Assembly: GCA_903907925.1 (NCBI GenBank)
Contig: CAIVQB010000133.1
Coordinates: 8,041-72,040 of the forward strand
Direction of reading: 5' to 3'
DNA: 64,000 bases
DNA from: an uncultured Verrucomicrobiota bacterium
GTDB lineage: Bacteria > Verrucomicrobiota > Verrucomicrobiia > Limisphaerales > UBA9464
In this document: one piece after another, positions 39,421-48,317 of the stretch
How positions within the stretch are numbered: the stretch's first letter is position 1
How the letters are laid out: each line of letters opens with the position of its first letter
The notes under the pieces: generated by a model
What the model was told of the DNA's origin: nothing
Database searches by the model: none
The model's input: the letters and a program-made list of their open reading frames with translations, nothing else
Program-made: the position numbers and the translations under genes

Positions 39421-39631
39421 GTCGGATCCCAGGGTTGACCGCCGCGATGCAGGTGCGGAGGCCGGTTAGGTCGGTTTTCGCTCAAAATCGAGCAGTGGGA
39501 AGCGGACTCACACGAGGGGATGTGTTCCGATTCCCGGTTCAAGATGCGGCGGACAGTAGGGAGTAACTGCCACTCCGGTCAAGCCGCTTGTCATCTGTTG
39601 AAATGGCGTCAAACTGCGACTAAATCGTGGT

Positions 39632-40069
39632 TTACGAGACGCCTTTAACGCTAATGGCGGCATCGAGTGCCAGCAGATAGGAAGTGGCACCGAACCCGGC
39701 GATTTGTCCGCGGCAAACGGCGGCGATCATCGAGTGATGGCGAAACGTCTCGCGGGCATGGATGTTGGAAAGGTGGACTTCCACCGTCGGGACTTCGCAG
39801 GCGGAAATCGCGTCACGCAGCGCGATGCTGGTGTGGGTGTAGGCCGCCGCGTTCAGAACGATCGCGGTGAACACGCCCCGGGCCTGCTGGATCCACTCGA
39901 CCAACTCGCCTTCGTGGTTGCTCTGCCGGAAATCGATCGCGACTCCCATCAGACCCGCCTTGGTCCGGACGGCCACTTCGATGTCGGCCAGCGTGGTCCG
40001 GCCGTAGATTTCCGGCTGGCGGGTGCCCAGCAGGTTCAGGTTCGGGCCATTGAGATACAGGATCGTCAC
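39632..40069 (-). CDS. aroQ: Type II 3-dehydroquinate dehydratase
   Basis: [38 protein letters not shown]; GTG start at 40069. Confidence 0.97.
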   Translation of the reverse strand: MTILYLNGPNLNLLGTRQPEIYGRTTLADIEVAVRTKAGLMGVAIDFRQSNHEGELVEWIQQARGVFTAIVLNAAAYTHTSIALRDAISACEVPTVEVHLSNIHARETFRHHSMIAAVCRGQIAGFGATSYLLALDAAISVKGVS

Positions 40070-40321
40070 AGCGGCGGTCCTTGTGCCGGAAAACGCTTCA
40101 ATTGTCGAACCCCAATGCCGATAGGCCGTGGGGGGCTTGCCGTTGGCCCCGATTTTTGTGCAACGTTTTTGTGAACGTGCGGTTGACATTGGAAGACGGC
40201 GGTCAAAATTGGTGTCCGTTGTCAGGATGTGTTTCCCGGAAGTTCGGCCGATGGCGTCGTTCACGGGTGGTGAGCGGAGGCTGGCGGGCAAACCGGGTGT
40301 TAGTCCACTGAGTCATTTCCC

Positions 40322-40489
40322 ATGACCAAAAACAACGCTGCCTTCACGGAGCTTCTCCGTGATCCCAAACATCCGTTTCGTGCCGCGGCGGACCGGCCAA
40401 ACAAACCCCTCAAACATCGTTACGAACGCCGAAAAGCGCGGGAGTGCCTGAAGCGGCTGGATTGGTCGGACGACGCTCTTGCCGCCTGA
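40322..40489 (+). CDS. Small basic hypothetical protein (55 aa), absent from the ORF track
   Basis: ATG...TGA: MTKNNAAFTELLRDPKHPFRAAADRPNKPLKHRYERRKARECLKRLDWSDDALAA; fills an otherwise empty 480-bp gap, downstream of TTGACA (40183). Confidence 0.55.
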   Translation: MTKNNAAFTELLRDPKHPFRAAADRPNKPLKHRYERRKARECLKRLDWSDDALAA

Positions 40490-40550
40490 CCGGCGGCCTG
40501 ATCGCCGCGCAAAGCTTGCGTCCCCGCCGCCCGGTGCGGCAAACAGTGGA

Positions 40551-41894
40551 ATGCTGTTTCGCACCGGATGCCTTTTTCTCCTCTTTTCCGCCGGCGCATG
40601 GGCCGCCGATTGGGCTCGATTCCTGGGCCCGAACGGTGACGGAACCTCGCCCGAAACCGGCCTGATCGATCGGTTGCCGGCCGGTGGTCCGCCGGTGCTT
40701 CTGGATTTGCCGGTGGGCACCGGTTACGCCGCGCCAGCGGTCCAGGCGGGCAAACTCGTTCTCTTTCATCGGCTCGGCGATTCCGAGGTGATCCAGGTGC
40801 TGGATGCCGTCACCGGGAAACCGGTCTGGCGTCACGCCTATCCAACGACGTATCGCGATCCCTATGGCTACAACAATGGACCGCGGGCGGCGCCGGTCCT
40901 CTCCACCAATCGGGTTTATACCTTCGGGGCTGATGGCAAGCTGACTTGTCTTGATCTGCAGACCGGTGCCGAGGTCTGGCAGCGCGATACCGCCAAGGAG
41001 TTCGAGATTCCCGAGGCGTTTTTCGGAGTCGGCACGACACCGCTGCTGGAGGGTGGACGGCTCCTCGTAATGGTGGGCGGCCAGCCGAATTCCGGCGTGG
41101 TGGCCTTCGATCCCGGGACCGGAAAGACGCTGTGGCAATCGGTCGGCGAAACGAACTGGCAGGGGCAACCCATGTGGGGCCGGGCCGGTGATCTCAAGGT
41201 CGACTGGCGTCGTTGGGAAAAACAGGCGAGCTACAGTTCCCCGGTCGCCGCCACCCTCGGCGGACAACGCTGGGTGTTTTGCCTCATGCGACAGGGCCTC
41301 GTTGGATTGAATCCGACCAACGGCGCAGTGCGTTTCTCCCGCTGGTTCCGGGCCCGTGTCGATGAATCGGTCAATGCCGCCAACCCGGTGGTGTCAGGCG
41401 ACGACGTCTTCTTTTCGGCCGCCTATTACCGATCCGGCTCGGTCCTGCTGCATCCCGGTTCAGGAACTCCCGGATTCGCCGAACGCTGGCAGGGGCTCGG
41501 TTTGGAAATGCATTGGAGCACGCCCATTCTGGTGGACGGGCATTTGTACGGCTTTAGCGGACGGAACGAGCCCGACGCGATGCTACGGTGCATTGAGTTC
41601 TCGACCGGCAAGGTCAAATGGGAACGTGACGAACGGTGGACGCCCCATTCCGCGGAGCAACCGCCGGTCTTTGGGCGAGGTTCCTTCATTCTCGCTGACG
41701 GCAAACTGATCGCGATCGGCGAGGGGGGATTGCTGGGTTTGTTTCGGCCGAATGCGGATCATTGCGAAGAGATCGACCGCTGGCAGGTGCCGTCACTCCA
41801 TCATCCCTGCTGGGCCGGACCCGTATTGTCCGAGCGACGCCTGTATCTGCGCTGCGAGGACCGCCTCGTCTGCCTGGACTTGGCCCGCCACTGA
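40551..41894 (+). CDS. PQQ-binding-like beta-propeller protein (BamB-like, PVC-expanded family)
   Basis: AADW.RFLGP..DG, repeated LD..TG..VW motifs, ASYSSP, W..P. Confidence 0.9.
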   Translation: MLFRTGCLFLLFSAGAWAADWARFLGPNGDGTSPETGLIDRLPAGGPPVLLDLPVGTGYAAPAVQAGKLVLFHRLGDSEVIQVLDAVTGKPVWRHAYPTTYRDPYGYNNGPRAAPVLSTNRVYTFGADGKLTCLDLQTGAEVWQRDTAKEFEIPEAFFGVGTTPLLEGGRLLVMVGGQPNSGVVAFDPGTGKTLWQSVGETNWQGQPMWGRAGDLKVDWRRWEKQASYSSPVAATLGGQRWVFCLMRQGLVGLNPTNGAVRFSRWFRARVDESVNAANPVVSGDDVFFSAAYYRSGSVLLHPGSGTPGFAERWQGLGLEMHWSTPILVDGHLYGFSGRNEPDAMLRCIEFSTGKVKWERDERWTPHSAEQPPVFGRGSFILADGKLIAIGEGGLLGLFRPNADHCEEIDRWQVPSLHHPCWAGPVLSERRLYLRCEDRLVCLDLARH

Positions 41895-41988
41895 CCGGCC
41901 TCCCTCTTCAACCCTTCAACTCCATCGCTTTTCCTCCCGCCCGCTCGAGACAGGATGGACAGAACAAACCGAATTTGATCGGACTCCC

Positions 41989-42019
41989 GGAATTCGTGTG
42001 AATCCGTGAAATCAGTGTC
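41989..42019 (+). repeat. Dispersed 31-bp intergenic repeat, copy 2
   Basis: Identical to 37355-37385; preceded by TTCAACCC-TTCAACTC (41907-41922). Confidence 0.9.
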
Positions 42020-42048
42020 GACCTTTGCGGCCACCGAATCGTCCCCAC

Positions 42049-43677
42049 TCAATGACTGAGCCCGCGATCTTCCTCGGGCAGCGGCTGGCCGCGCGTCTCG
42101 GGCGCGAAGGGCAGGGCCAACAAGCCGATGCCAAAGACGGAACACATGGTGATCGCGGCGTAGCGGAACGGTTCCGCCTTTTCCCGGTAAACGACCGCGG
42201 TAAGAAGTCCGAGTGTCGCAGGTCCTGAAGCCGCCACGAACCGGCCCACGTTATAGCAAAAGCTGGTTCCCGTGCTGCGCAAACGGGTGGGGAACAACTC
42301 CGGAAAGTAGATCGCGTACCCGCCGAACAACGCCAGTTGGCAAAAGCCCATCAGCGGAATCAGGTAGAAGATTTGGGAGAATTCGCGCAGCAGACCGAAC
42401 ACCGCCGCCGTGCTGCACGCGGCCGCGATCAATGCGCCGGCGAATGCAGGACGCCGTCCGATCCGCTCGGCGACCAGGCCGAAGGTGTAGATCCCAAAGA
42501 ACGACCCGAGATTCTGCATCATCGAGGTGATGCCCACCCAGACCGTGACTTTTCCGGCGACCAATTCCGGCTTCATGTCGGTGAATCCCAGCCAGGCGGC
42601 GACGGTGTGTTGGAACCCGGGCTCGACCACCATCGGGTGGATTACGAATTCCTTGAGCTTGCCGGTGACCACCGGTCGGATGAGATCGAAACTGAAGAAC
42701 CCGATGCCCCACACGCCGATCACGCCGGAGAGCGCGAGGAGCAGACCCACCACGGCGTTGCGGCGATAGGTGGTGTCGCCGCCGCCGCCGAAGACCACCC
42801 GCAATCCTGCCGCGAGTGCTGCCACCGAGAACCCAAAGACGATGGGGCGCTTGGGCCAGTCGGCGGGTCCAAGAAAGGCGATGAGAATGCCGGTGAGCAG
42901 CAGGACGGCCGCGACCGTCGCCGGAGTCCGCCACCGCGGATTCCCGAACAGTTCGCCGTAGTCGCCCATTCGCTTGCGCAATTCCGGATCGCGCCGGGCC
43001 GCCTGCCAGCGCTCGGGTTCCTTCAAACCGCGCCGTACGAACACCACCAGGATCGCCGGCACGGCTCCAACCACGAACATCCAGCGCCAGGCCGCCCAAC
43101 CCGCGAGTTTTCCGCCCACACCAGATTGCTCCAATTGACCGAGGGTGATGCTGGTGAAGGCAGCGGCGATGTTGCCGACCGTCGACAACGCCTGCAGAAG
43201 GCTCAACGCATAGGTGCGGGCCGCCCCGGGCATGACCTCCGCCACCAGCGCCACGCCGACGGCGAATTCGCCGCCGACGCCGAGGCCGGTCAGGAAGCGG
43301 TACAGGGCGAAATCCCAGAATTCGCGGGCGAAGGCGCTCAGGCCGGTGCAGCCCGAATACATGAGAATGGTGACGAGCATGGTCTTGGCCCGTCCCCAGC
43401 GATCGCCCAGAACGCCGAAAATCAGACCGCCGGAAGCCCAACCGAGAAGGAAGATCGCCGTGGCATAGGGGCCATATTCGCCAATCTCCGCCGGGGTTGG
43501 CGGCCGTTTCAAGGTGACCGTCAGCAATTCCTTCATGGCTGGCTGCCGCGCCAGGTTGAAGAGTTGCTGGTCCATGCAATCGAGCAGCCAGCCCAACGAG
43601 GCGACGACCAGGACGAACCATTGGTAGCGGTTGAGCAGCCGCCACCAGGCGAAGCCGGATTCTCGCGGGGGATTCAT
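42049..43677 (-). CDS. MFS transporter
   Basis: GVLGDRWGRAK, RFLTGLGVGGE, AERIGRR, PELFPTRLRSTG. Confidence 0.93.
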   Translation of the reverse strand: MNPPRESGFAWWRLLNRYQWFVLVVASLGWLLDCMDQQLFNLARQPAMKELLTVTLKRPPTPAEIGEYGPYATAIFLLGWASGGLIFGVLGDRWGRAKTMLVTILMYSGCTGLSAFAREFWDFALYRFLTGLGVGGEFAVGVALVAEVMPGAARTYALSLLQALSTVGNIAAAFTSITLGQLEQSGVGGKLAGWAAWRWMFVVGAVPAILVVFVRRGLKEPERWQAARRDPELRKRMGDYGELFGNPRWRTPATVAAVLLLTGILIAFLGPADWPKRPIVFGFSVAALAAGLRVVFGGGGDTTYRRNAVVGLLLALSGVIGVWGIGFFSFDLIRPVVTGKLKEFVIHPMVVEPGFQHTVAAWLGFTDMKPELVAGKVTVWVGITSMMQNLGSFFGIYTFGLVAERIGRRPAFAGALIAAACSTAAVFGLLREFSQIFYLIPLMGFCQLALFGGYAIYFPELFPTRLRSTGTSFCYNVGRFVAASGPATLGLLTAVVYREKAEPFRYAAITMCSVFGIGLLALPFAPETRGQPLPEEDRGLSH

Positions 43678-43813
43678 GAGTGGATGGACCGCGAAACGGT
43701 GCCGGGCGGCGGACGCCGGCGGAAGGCTCAAATTCAGGAAATGCAGTTCACCGCCGTTTCCGCCGTGCTCGTTGTGGCTTGGGTTTGCCGGCGGGATGGG
43801 TATCGTTTTCCCA

Positions 43814-44425
43814 ATGTCTGAGCCGAAGGAAGAATCGCCGCTGGACCGCCTGTGGAAGGAGTACGGAGTCGCATTTCGCGATGTGGATGATCTAACCCTG
43901 GCCCGCTGGTGCGCCCAGACGCTGGGCCAGCTTCACGGGCGCGCCTGGCGATTGTCGCATCCGCTCGTCGGTGCCTACCGGCTCGCGGCCCAACTCGCCC
44001 ACGAGCGACAGGTGTGGCTGAAGCGCCTGGTCAACATTCCCGCCGGCTACACCGCCGCGGCCTGTTGTCGCGCGCCGCTCCTGCCGCTGTTCACCCGCGA
44101 CGTGACGGAGAGTGGGCTCATCTGTCAGCACTGCGGCGAAACCTCGGTGCCGTTCGAAGAATTACCCACCGATGTTCGCGACCGGCTCAGCCGTTGGGCG
44201 GACCAGTACCGGCCGGTTCACGAGGTGGCGCACTGGGATGACAAGCGCCGGAAAAAGACGCGTGACTACGACGCGGCGTTTGAGGATGCCGCGCAGCAGG
44301 TGGAACGCCTGCTTGCCGACGCCGCGCACGACTGCGTTCCGCTCCTGCTCGAACACTATCCCGCCGTCATCTGGGAGGATCAGGACGAATGCCTGGAAGT
44401 CCGTCCCGAGGACATCGTCCTCTGA
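43814..44425 (+). CDS. Hypothetical protein with putative Zn-ribbon
   Basis: CCRAP...ICQHCG; coding-like codon pattern; divergent from the MFS gene. Confidence 0.7.
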   Translation: MSEPKEESPLDRLWKEYGVAFRDVDDLTLARWCAQTLGQLHGRAWRLSHPLVGAYRLAAQLAHERQVWLKRLVNIPAGYTAAACCRAPLLPLFTRDVTESGLICQHCGETSVPFEELPTDVRDRLSRWADQYRPVHEVAHWDDKRRKKTRDYDAAFEDAAQQVERLLADAAHDCVPLLLEHYPAVIWEDQDECLEVRPEDIVL

Positions 44426-44454
44426 AGCCGGGCTCCAACCCCGCCCGGAAGGTC

Positions 44455-45117
44455 ATGCGTCGATTCCTCCGGTATTCCGCGGTGGCGCTGGCCCTGCTCC
44501 TGTTGGTGCTGGTGGGCGTCGCGCTTTCTCTGGATTGGTGGGTGAAGACGGCGCTGGTGGCTGTCATTCGGCATCGCACCGGCTGGGAAACATCAATTGA
44601 ACGGGTGGATGTTGGGATCCGGGATGCCTCGTTTCGGATCCAGAATCTGGTGATCGAGAATCCCCCGGCGTATGGCGGCGGCCGGTTTCTCCACCTGCCT
44701 GAATTGTATGTGGCCTACGACCGCGCCGCCGCCGCGACCAACGCCCTGCATTTGTTGGAAGTGCGATTCGATCTGGCCGAGGTGAACGTCGTGGTCGACG
44801 CGCGGGGTCGCACCAACATCACCGAGCTTCAGGCGGCGGTGGCCGGACTCGATTCACCGGCGCAACGCGAGCGCGTGGCCTCCACGCGGTTCACCGGAAT
44901 CGATACGCTGGTCGTGACTCTGGGAACCGTGGCCTTTAAGGATCTCCGTCCACCCGGATCGTCGAAGGTCTTCGTCGCGGGTCTCCGCGGGGAAACGCTG
45001 CACAACGTCCATCAATGGGTCGACCTGCTCCCGATCGGCTTCAAGACCTTCATGAACGGCCGCACCACGACCGGCCCGCTTCCGCCGCCGAAGACCCAGA
45101 CGAAGGCCAAACCGTGA
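44455..45117 (+). CDS. AsmA-like membrane-anchored protein
   Basis: N-terminal TM, TG..TSI..VD, L.IENP..Y, G.TN pattern. Confidence 0.7.
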   Translation: MRRFLRYSAVALALLLLVLVGVALSLDWWVKTALVAVIRHRTGWETSIERVDVGIRDASFRIQNLVIENPPAYGGGRFLHLPELYVAYDRAAAATNALHLLEVRFDLAEVNVVVDARGRTNITELQAAVAGLDSPAQRERVASTRFTGIDTLVVTLGTVAFKDLRPPGSSKVFVAGLRGETLHNVHQWVDLLPIGFKTFMNGRTTTGPLPPPKTQTKAKP

Positions 45118-45138
45118 GACGGAACACTTCAGAAGAGG

Positions 45139-45240
45139 GCACTGATTTCACGAATTTACATGGATTGATCCAGGATGAACGGAAGGAATTGGATCCATTT
45201 GGTTCTTCTGAAATCCGTGCGAATCCGTGAAATCGGTATC
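45139..45240. repeat. Full inverted-pair form of the 31-bp repeat
   Basis: Left arm CACTGATTTCACGAATTTACATGGATT (45140-45166) and right arm AATCCGTGCGAATCCGTGAAATCGGTATC (45212-45240) form an imperfect hairpin. Confidence 0.85.
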
Positions 45241-45317
45241 CTGTTTTTGGTGGAACGATTCTGGTAATGAGTCGATGGGACGTGCCCCCTGAACCGCGTG
45301 AACGCGGAACTCCGGCC

Positions 45318-45426
45318 CGGTAGGACGAATCTCCTGATGAGCCGGGTGAACGGACGGATTCAACGCCCCCTATGGCCTTCCACGTCGTACCACGCTCCCG
45401 GTTTCGGCGGGAGCCTCACCCTACCG
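45318..45426. repeat. GTAG-type REPIN-like inverted pair
   Basis: CGGTAGGACGAATCTCCTGATGAGCCG ... CGGTTTCGGCGGGAGCCTCACCCTACCG. Confidence 0.65.
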
Positions 45427-45467
45427 TGGAGCGCGTCCTTCCACGCGGTCGCACCGCCACAACTAGG

Positions 45468-46292
45468 TTATCGCCGGAACCCCGCACTCACCGCCTGGAT
45501 CAGCGTTGTTTCCCGCTCGTGAATGGCAATGTAGTTCGGTCCGGGGAGATCTTCCCAGCGCAGGCTGTAGTCGAAGAACTCGACATAGCGCGAGAAGAGC
45601 TTGCCGACCTTGTAGCCGCGCTCCGCCAGGAATTGGTGGTGCGCCCGGAGGCTGGTGCCGAAGCCGGTGTATTCGAATTGGAGAGCGCGGACCGCGCCGC
45701 GTCGGAGGGTCGCTTCAAACCCGTTCAACACTTCGAAATCGCTGCCCTCGGCGTCGATCTTGAGAAAATCGATGCGATCGATTCCGTGTTCGCGAACGTA
45801 GTCATCCCCGGTGCGAACCTCGACCGACAGGGGCTCAAAATCACCGGCGGTCCCGATGATCGGCTGCCGGAGGGTGCTGAGTTCGTCGAAGGTGGCACCG
45901 TAGTAATTGAGGGTGCGCTGGCCGGCGGTGTCGGACAGCCCAAAGGTGTTGATGTGAACCCGGGCGACACCGCGGTGCAGGTCGATGGCGTGTTGGGCCG
46001 TGGGTGGCGCGATTTCAAACAGATGGAATTCCGCGGTGGGAAAGACCGGAAGGGCGTCGCGGGTCCAATGGCCGTGATTGGCACCGACGTCGAAGATCAC
46101 CTCCCACGGGCCGCCGGCGCCGGCGAGGCAGCGCAGAAGGCGCAGTTCCCCGCCGGAAGCGCCGTAGCTGGGGCGTTCGTGGGCCTCGTGGAATTCGCGG
46201 GCGAGGGAGGCGACGGTCCGCACCACGGGATTCCGGCGATGATTCTGGATCCACTGACGGAGAATGGCGCGAAGTGGCGGCAAGGAAGCCAT
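45468..46292 (-). CDS. FkbM family methyltransferase
   Basis: FDVGANHG, FE, IDFLKIDAEG.D..VL.G, QFEY. Confidence 0.9.
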   Translation of the reverse strand: MASLPPLRAILRQWIQNHRRNPVVRTVASLAREFHEAHERPSYGASGGELRLLRCLAGAGGPWEVIFDVGANHGHWTRDALPVFPTAEFHLFEIAPPTAQHAIDLHRGVARVHINTFGLSDTAGQRTLNYYGATFDELSTLRQPIIGTAGDFEPLSVEVRTGDDYVREHGIDRIDFLKIDAEGSDFEVLNGFEATLRRGAVRALQFEYTGFGTSLRAHHQFLAERGYKVGKLFSRYVEFFDYSLRWEDLPGPNYIAIHERETTLIQAVSAGFRR

Positions 46293-46493
46293 CGAATGGC
46301 GGCAACGCTTCCACAGGCCGGAAGTTCCCGCAACGTTTTCGCCCCGAATGCCGGGGAAGAAGCCGCCACCCGGGATTCCTGGTTCCAGAGTTTTGAGTGT
46401 TTTCGCCGCTCTGATCGGGCGATCGGCCTCGAAGATTCTTGTTTTTCCGGGCCTTCCGGCTAATGGGTTGCGGCAACACTTCTGTATCCCAAC

Positions 46494-46799
46494 ATGAGCC
46501 TTTCCCAAATCACCCGCGGAGATGAATCTGAGTTTTTCGTGAAGGGCCGCGTGGACGGTCCGGTGGCCAATCAGTTGGAGGTCGAGGTGCTCGCGGCCAT
46601 TCGGACCCCGGTCCGCCGCATCTACATCAATCTGGCCGAGGCCAATTTCCTGTGTTCGGCCGGCATCCGCGTCCTGCTGCAGTATCATCGCAAGATGAAA
46701 GCCGAAGGACGGGAACTGCTGGTGTCGCGGACCTCCCCGGAGATCGATCAAATCCTCGAACTCACCGGATTCCGGGACACCCTGGTCGAAAAGATCTGA
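46494..46799 (+). CDS. STAS-domain anti-anti-sigma factor
   Basis: KGRVD, FLCSAGIRVL (phospho-Ser), ILELTGF. Confidence 0.88.
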   Translation: MSLSQITRGDESEFFVKGRVDGPVANQLEVEVLAAIRTPVRRIYINLAEANFLCSAGIRVLLQYHRKMKAEGRELLVSRTSPEIDQILELTGFRDTLVEKI

Positions 46800-46814
46800 A
46801 CGAGGTGACCGACG

Positions 46815-47207
46815 GTGGAATTCACTCTTCCCAACGACGCGCAGTTGCCGCCGGCCTCAGCCGAACGCCTGGCTGAGTTTGGTCGGGATCATGCGTTGGA
46901 TCCCCGGGTGATGTTCGCCCTCGACCACGCGTTGAACGAGCACCTTCAGAATGTCGTCGACCATTCGACGGCGCGGACGGCGTTCCTCGAGTTGCAGGTC
47001 CGCGACGGGGCGGTGCATGTGACAGTGACCGACGATGGCGACACCTTCGATCCGCTGGCGGCTCCCCCGGCAGATGTCGCGGCGGATCCTGACAGCCGGC
47101 CAGTGGGGGGACTCGGGGTCCACATGATGCGCAAGTTGACCGACCAGCTTCTCTATCGCCGGACCGCGGCGGGCAATCAGTTGCGGATGGTGAAAAAATT
47201 GGGGTGA
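46815..47207 (+). CDS. RsbW-like anti-sigma/Ser kinase (HATPase_c_2)
   Basis: E...NVVDH, DDGDTFDP, GGLGVHMM, GN.L. Confidence 0.85.
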   Translation: MEFTLPNDAQLPPASAERLAEFGRDHALDPRVMFALDHALNEHLQNVVDHSTARTAFLELQVRDGAVHVTVTDDGDTFDPLAAPPADVAADPDSRPVGGLGVHMMRKLTDQLLYRRTAAGNQLRMVKKLG

Positions 47208-47255
47208 TCCCGGTGATCCCTCGCCGGACGCCGTGGCTCCGAGCGGAAGCCCGAC

Positions 47256-48155
47256 CTACGCCAGCCCGAGATGACGGACCACCGCCACGGTGGAATGCGC
47301 CCGGTTCAGCGTGTAGAAATGGATTCCCGGGACACCCTCGCGGATCAGTTCCTCGCACTGGCGGGCACAGTACTCGATTCCGAACTGGGTCACCGCGGCA
47401 TCGTCGTCGCCGAGTTCATCCAGTCGAGCGACGAACGGTGCCGGCAGTGCGGCACCGCAGAGGGCGGTGAATTTCTTGGTCTGTCCGCGGGCAAGGACGG
47501 GCAGCAGTCCGGGGATCAGCGGCACGTCGACCCCGAGTTTGCCGACGAGAAAATCACGCATGCGGAGAAAATCCGCGGTGTCGAAAAAGAGCTGGGTCAC
47601 CACGAAGTCAGCACCCGCCCGGATTTTGTCCGCGAGATGGCCCCAGTCGACTTCGCGTCCGCCCTTTTGCGCGATGTGACCTTCGGGGAACCCCGCCGTA
47701 CCAATGTTGAAACCGCCCAGCGCGCGCAGGTGAGCCACCAACTCCGCCGAGTACCGGAATCCACCCTCGGTGGCGGTCCACTCGCTGGCGCCAACCGGAG
47801 GATCGCCGCGCAGGGCGAGAATGTTGCGAACTCCGCGTTTCCGGGCGTCAGCAATCACCGAATCCAGCTCCGCCCGCGTGGCGTTCACGCAGGTGAGATG
47901 CATCATCGTGGTCAGATCGAACTCGTTCTGGATCCGCTCGACGATGCTCAAGGTCTTGTCCCGGGTCGTCCCGCCGGCACCGTAGGTCACCGAACAATAG
48001 GCCGGCCGAATGGCCATCAGGGCGGGCAGCGTCTTCTCGAACAGGTTGCGGTCGCCCTCGTCGGTCTTGGGCGGAAAGAATTCGATGGAAATGGCGGGTT
48101 TCCCCTTCGCCCGGGCGGCCACATGAAGATCGTGGATCAACGAAATCACTCGCAT
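47256..48155 (-). CDS. metF: 5,10-methylenetetrahydrofolate reductase
   Basis: SIEFFPPK, SVTYGAGG, HLTC, LALRGDPP, TQLFFD, HFYTLN. Confidence 0.97.
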   Translation of the reverse strand: MRVISLIHDLHVAARAKGKPAISIEFFPPKTDEGDRNLFEKTLPALMAIRPAYCSVTYGAGGTTRDKTLSIVERIQNEFDLTTMMHLTCVNATRAELDSVIADARKRGVRNILALRGDPPVGASEWTATEGGFRYSAELVAHLRALGGFNIGTAGFPEGHIAQKGGREVDWGHLADKIRAGADFVVTQLFFDTADFLRMRDFLVGKLGVDVPLIPGLLPVLARGQTKKFTALCGAALPAPFVARLDELGDDDAAVTQFGIEYCARQCEELIREGVPGIHFYTLNRAHSTVAVVRHLGLA

Positions 48156-48188
48156 ACTCTGATGAGGTCTCGGTAGGTTTTCAAGATA

Positions 48189-48218
48189 GAAATCAACATA
48201 TCCGGATGGATTGATTTC
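48189..48218. promoter_or_regulatory. Palindromic operator upstream of metF
   Basis: GAAATCAA-cat-ATCCGGAT-gga-TTGATTTC, a 30-bp symmetric site beginning 33 nt upstream of metF. Confidence 0.7.
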
Positions 48219-48317
48219 AAATTGAACCATCGAACGACCCGAAGGGAAGGGATCCGTTGAATCTCAAGGGGCGGCTTGCGTCAGTGGCCGGGTCGCAAAT
48301 AACGTCTGCTGATTCCT

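Noticed and set aside
39421-39631. Possible ncRNA or riboswitch between aroQ and accB
   Set aside because: No recognisable aptamer or stable structure; more consistent with an accBC promoter region.
46494-47207. STAS/RsbW pair without phosphatase or sigma
   Set aside because: Such orphan partner-switch pairs are common and their partners are usually encoded elsewhere.
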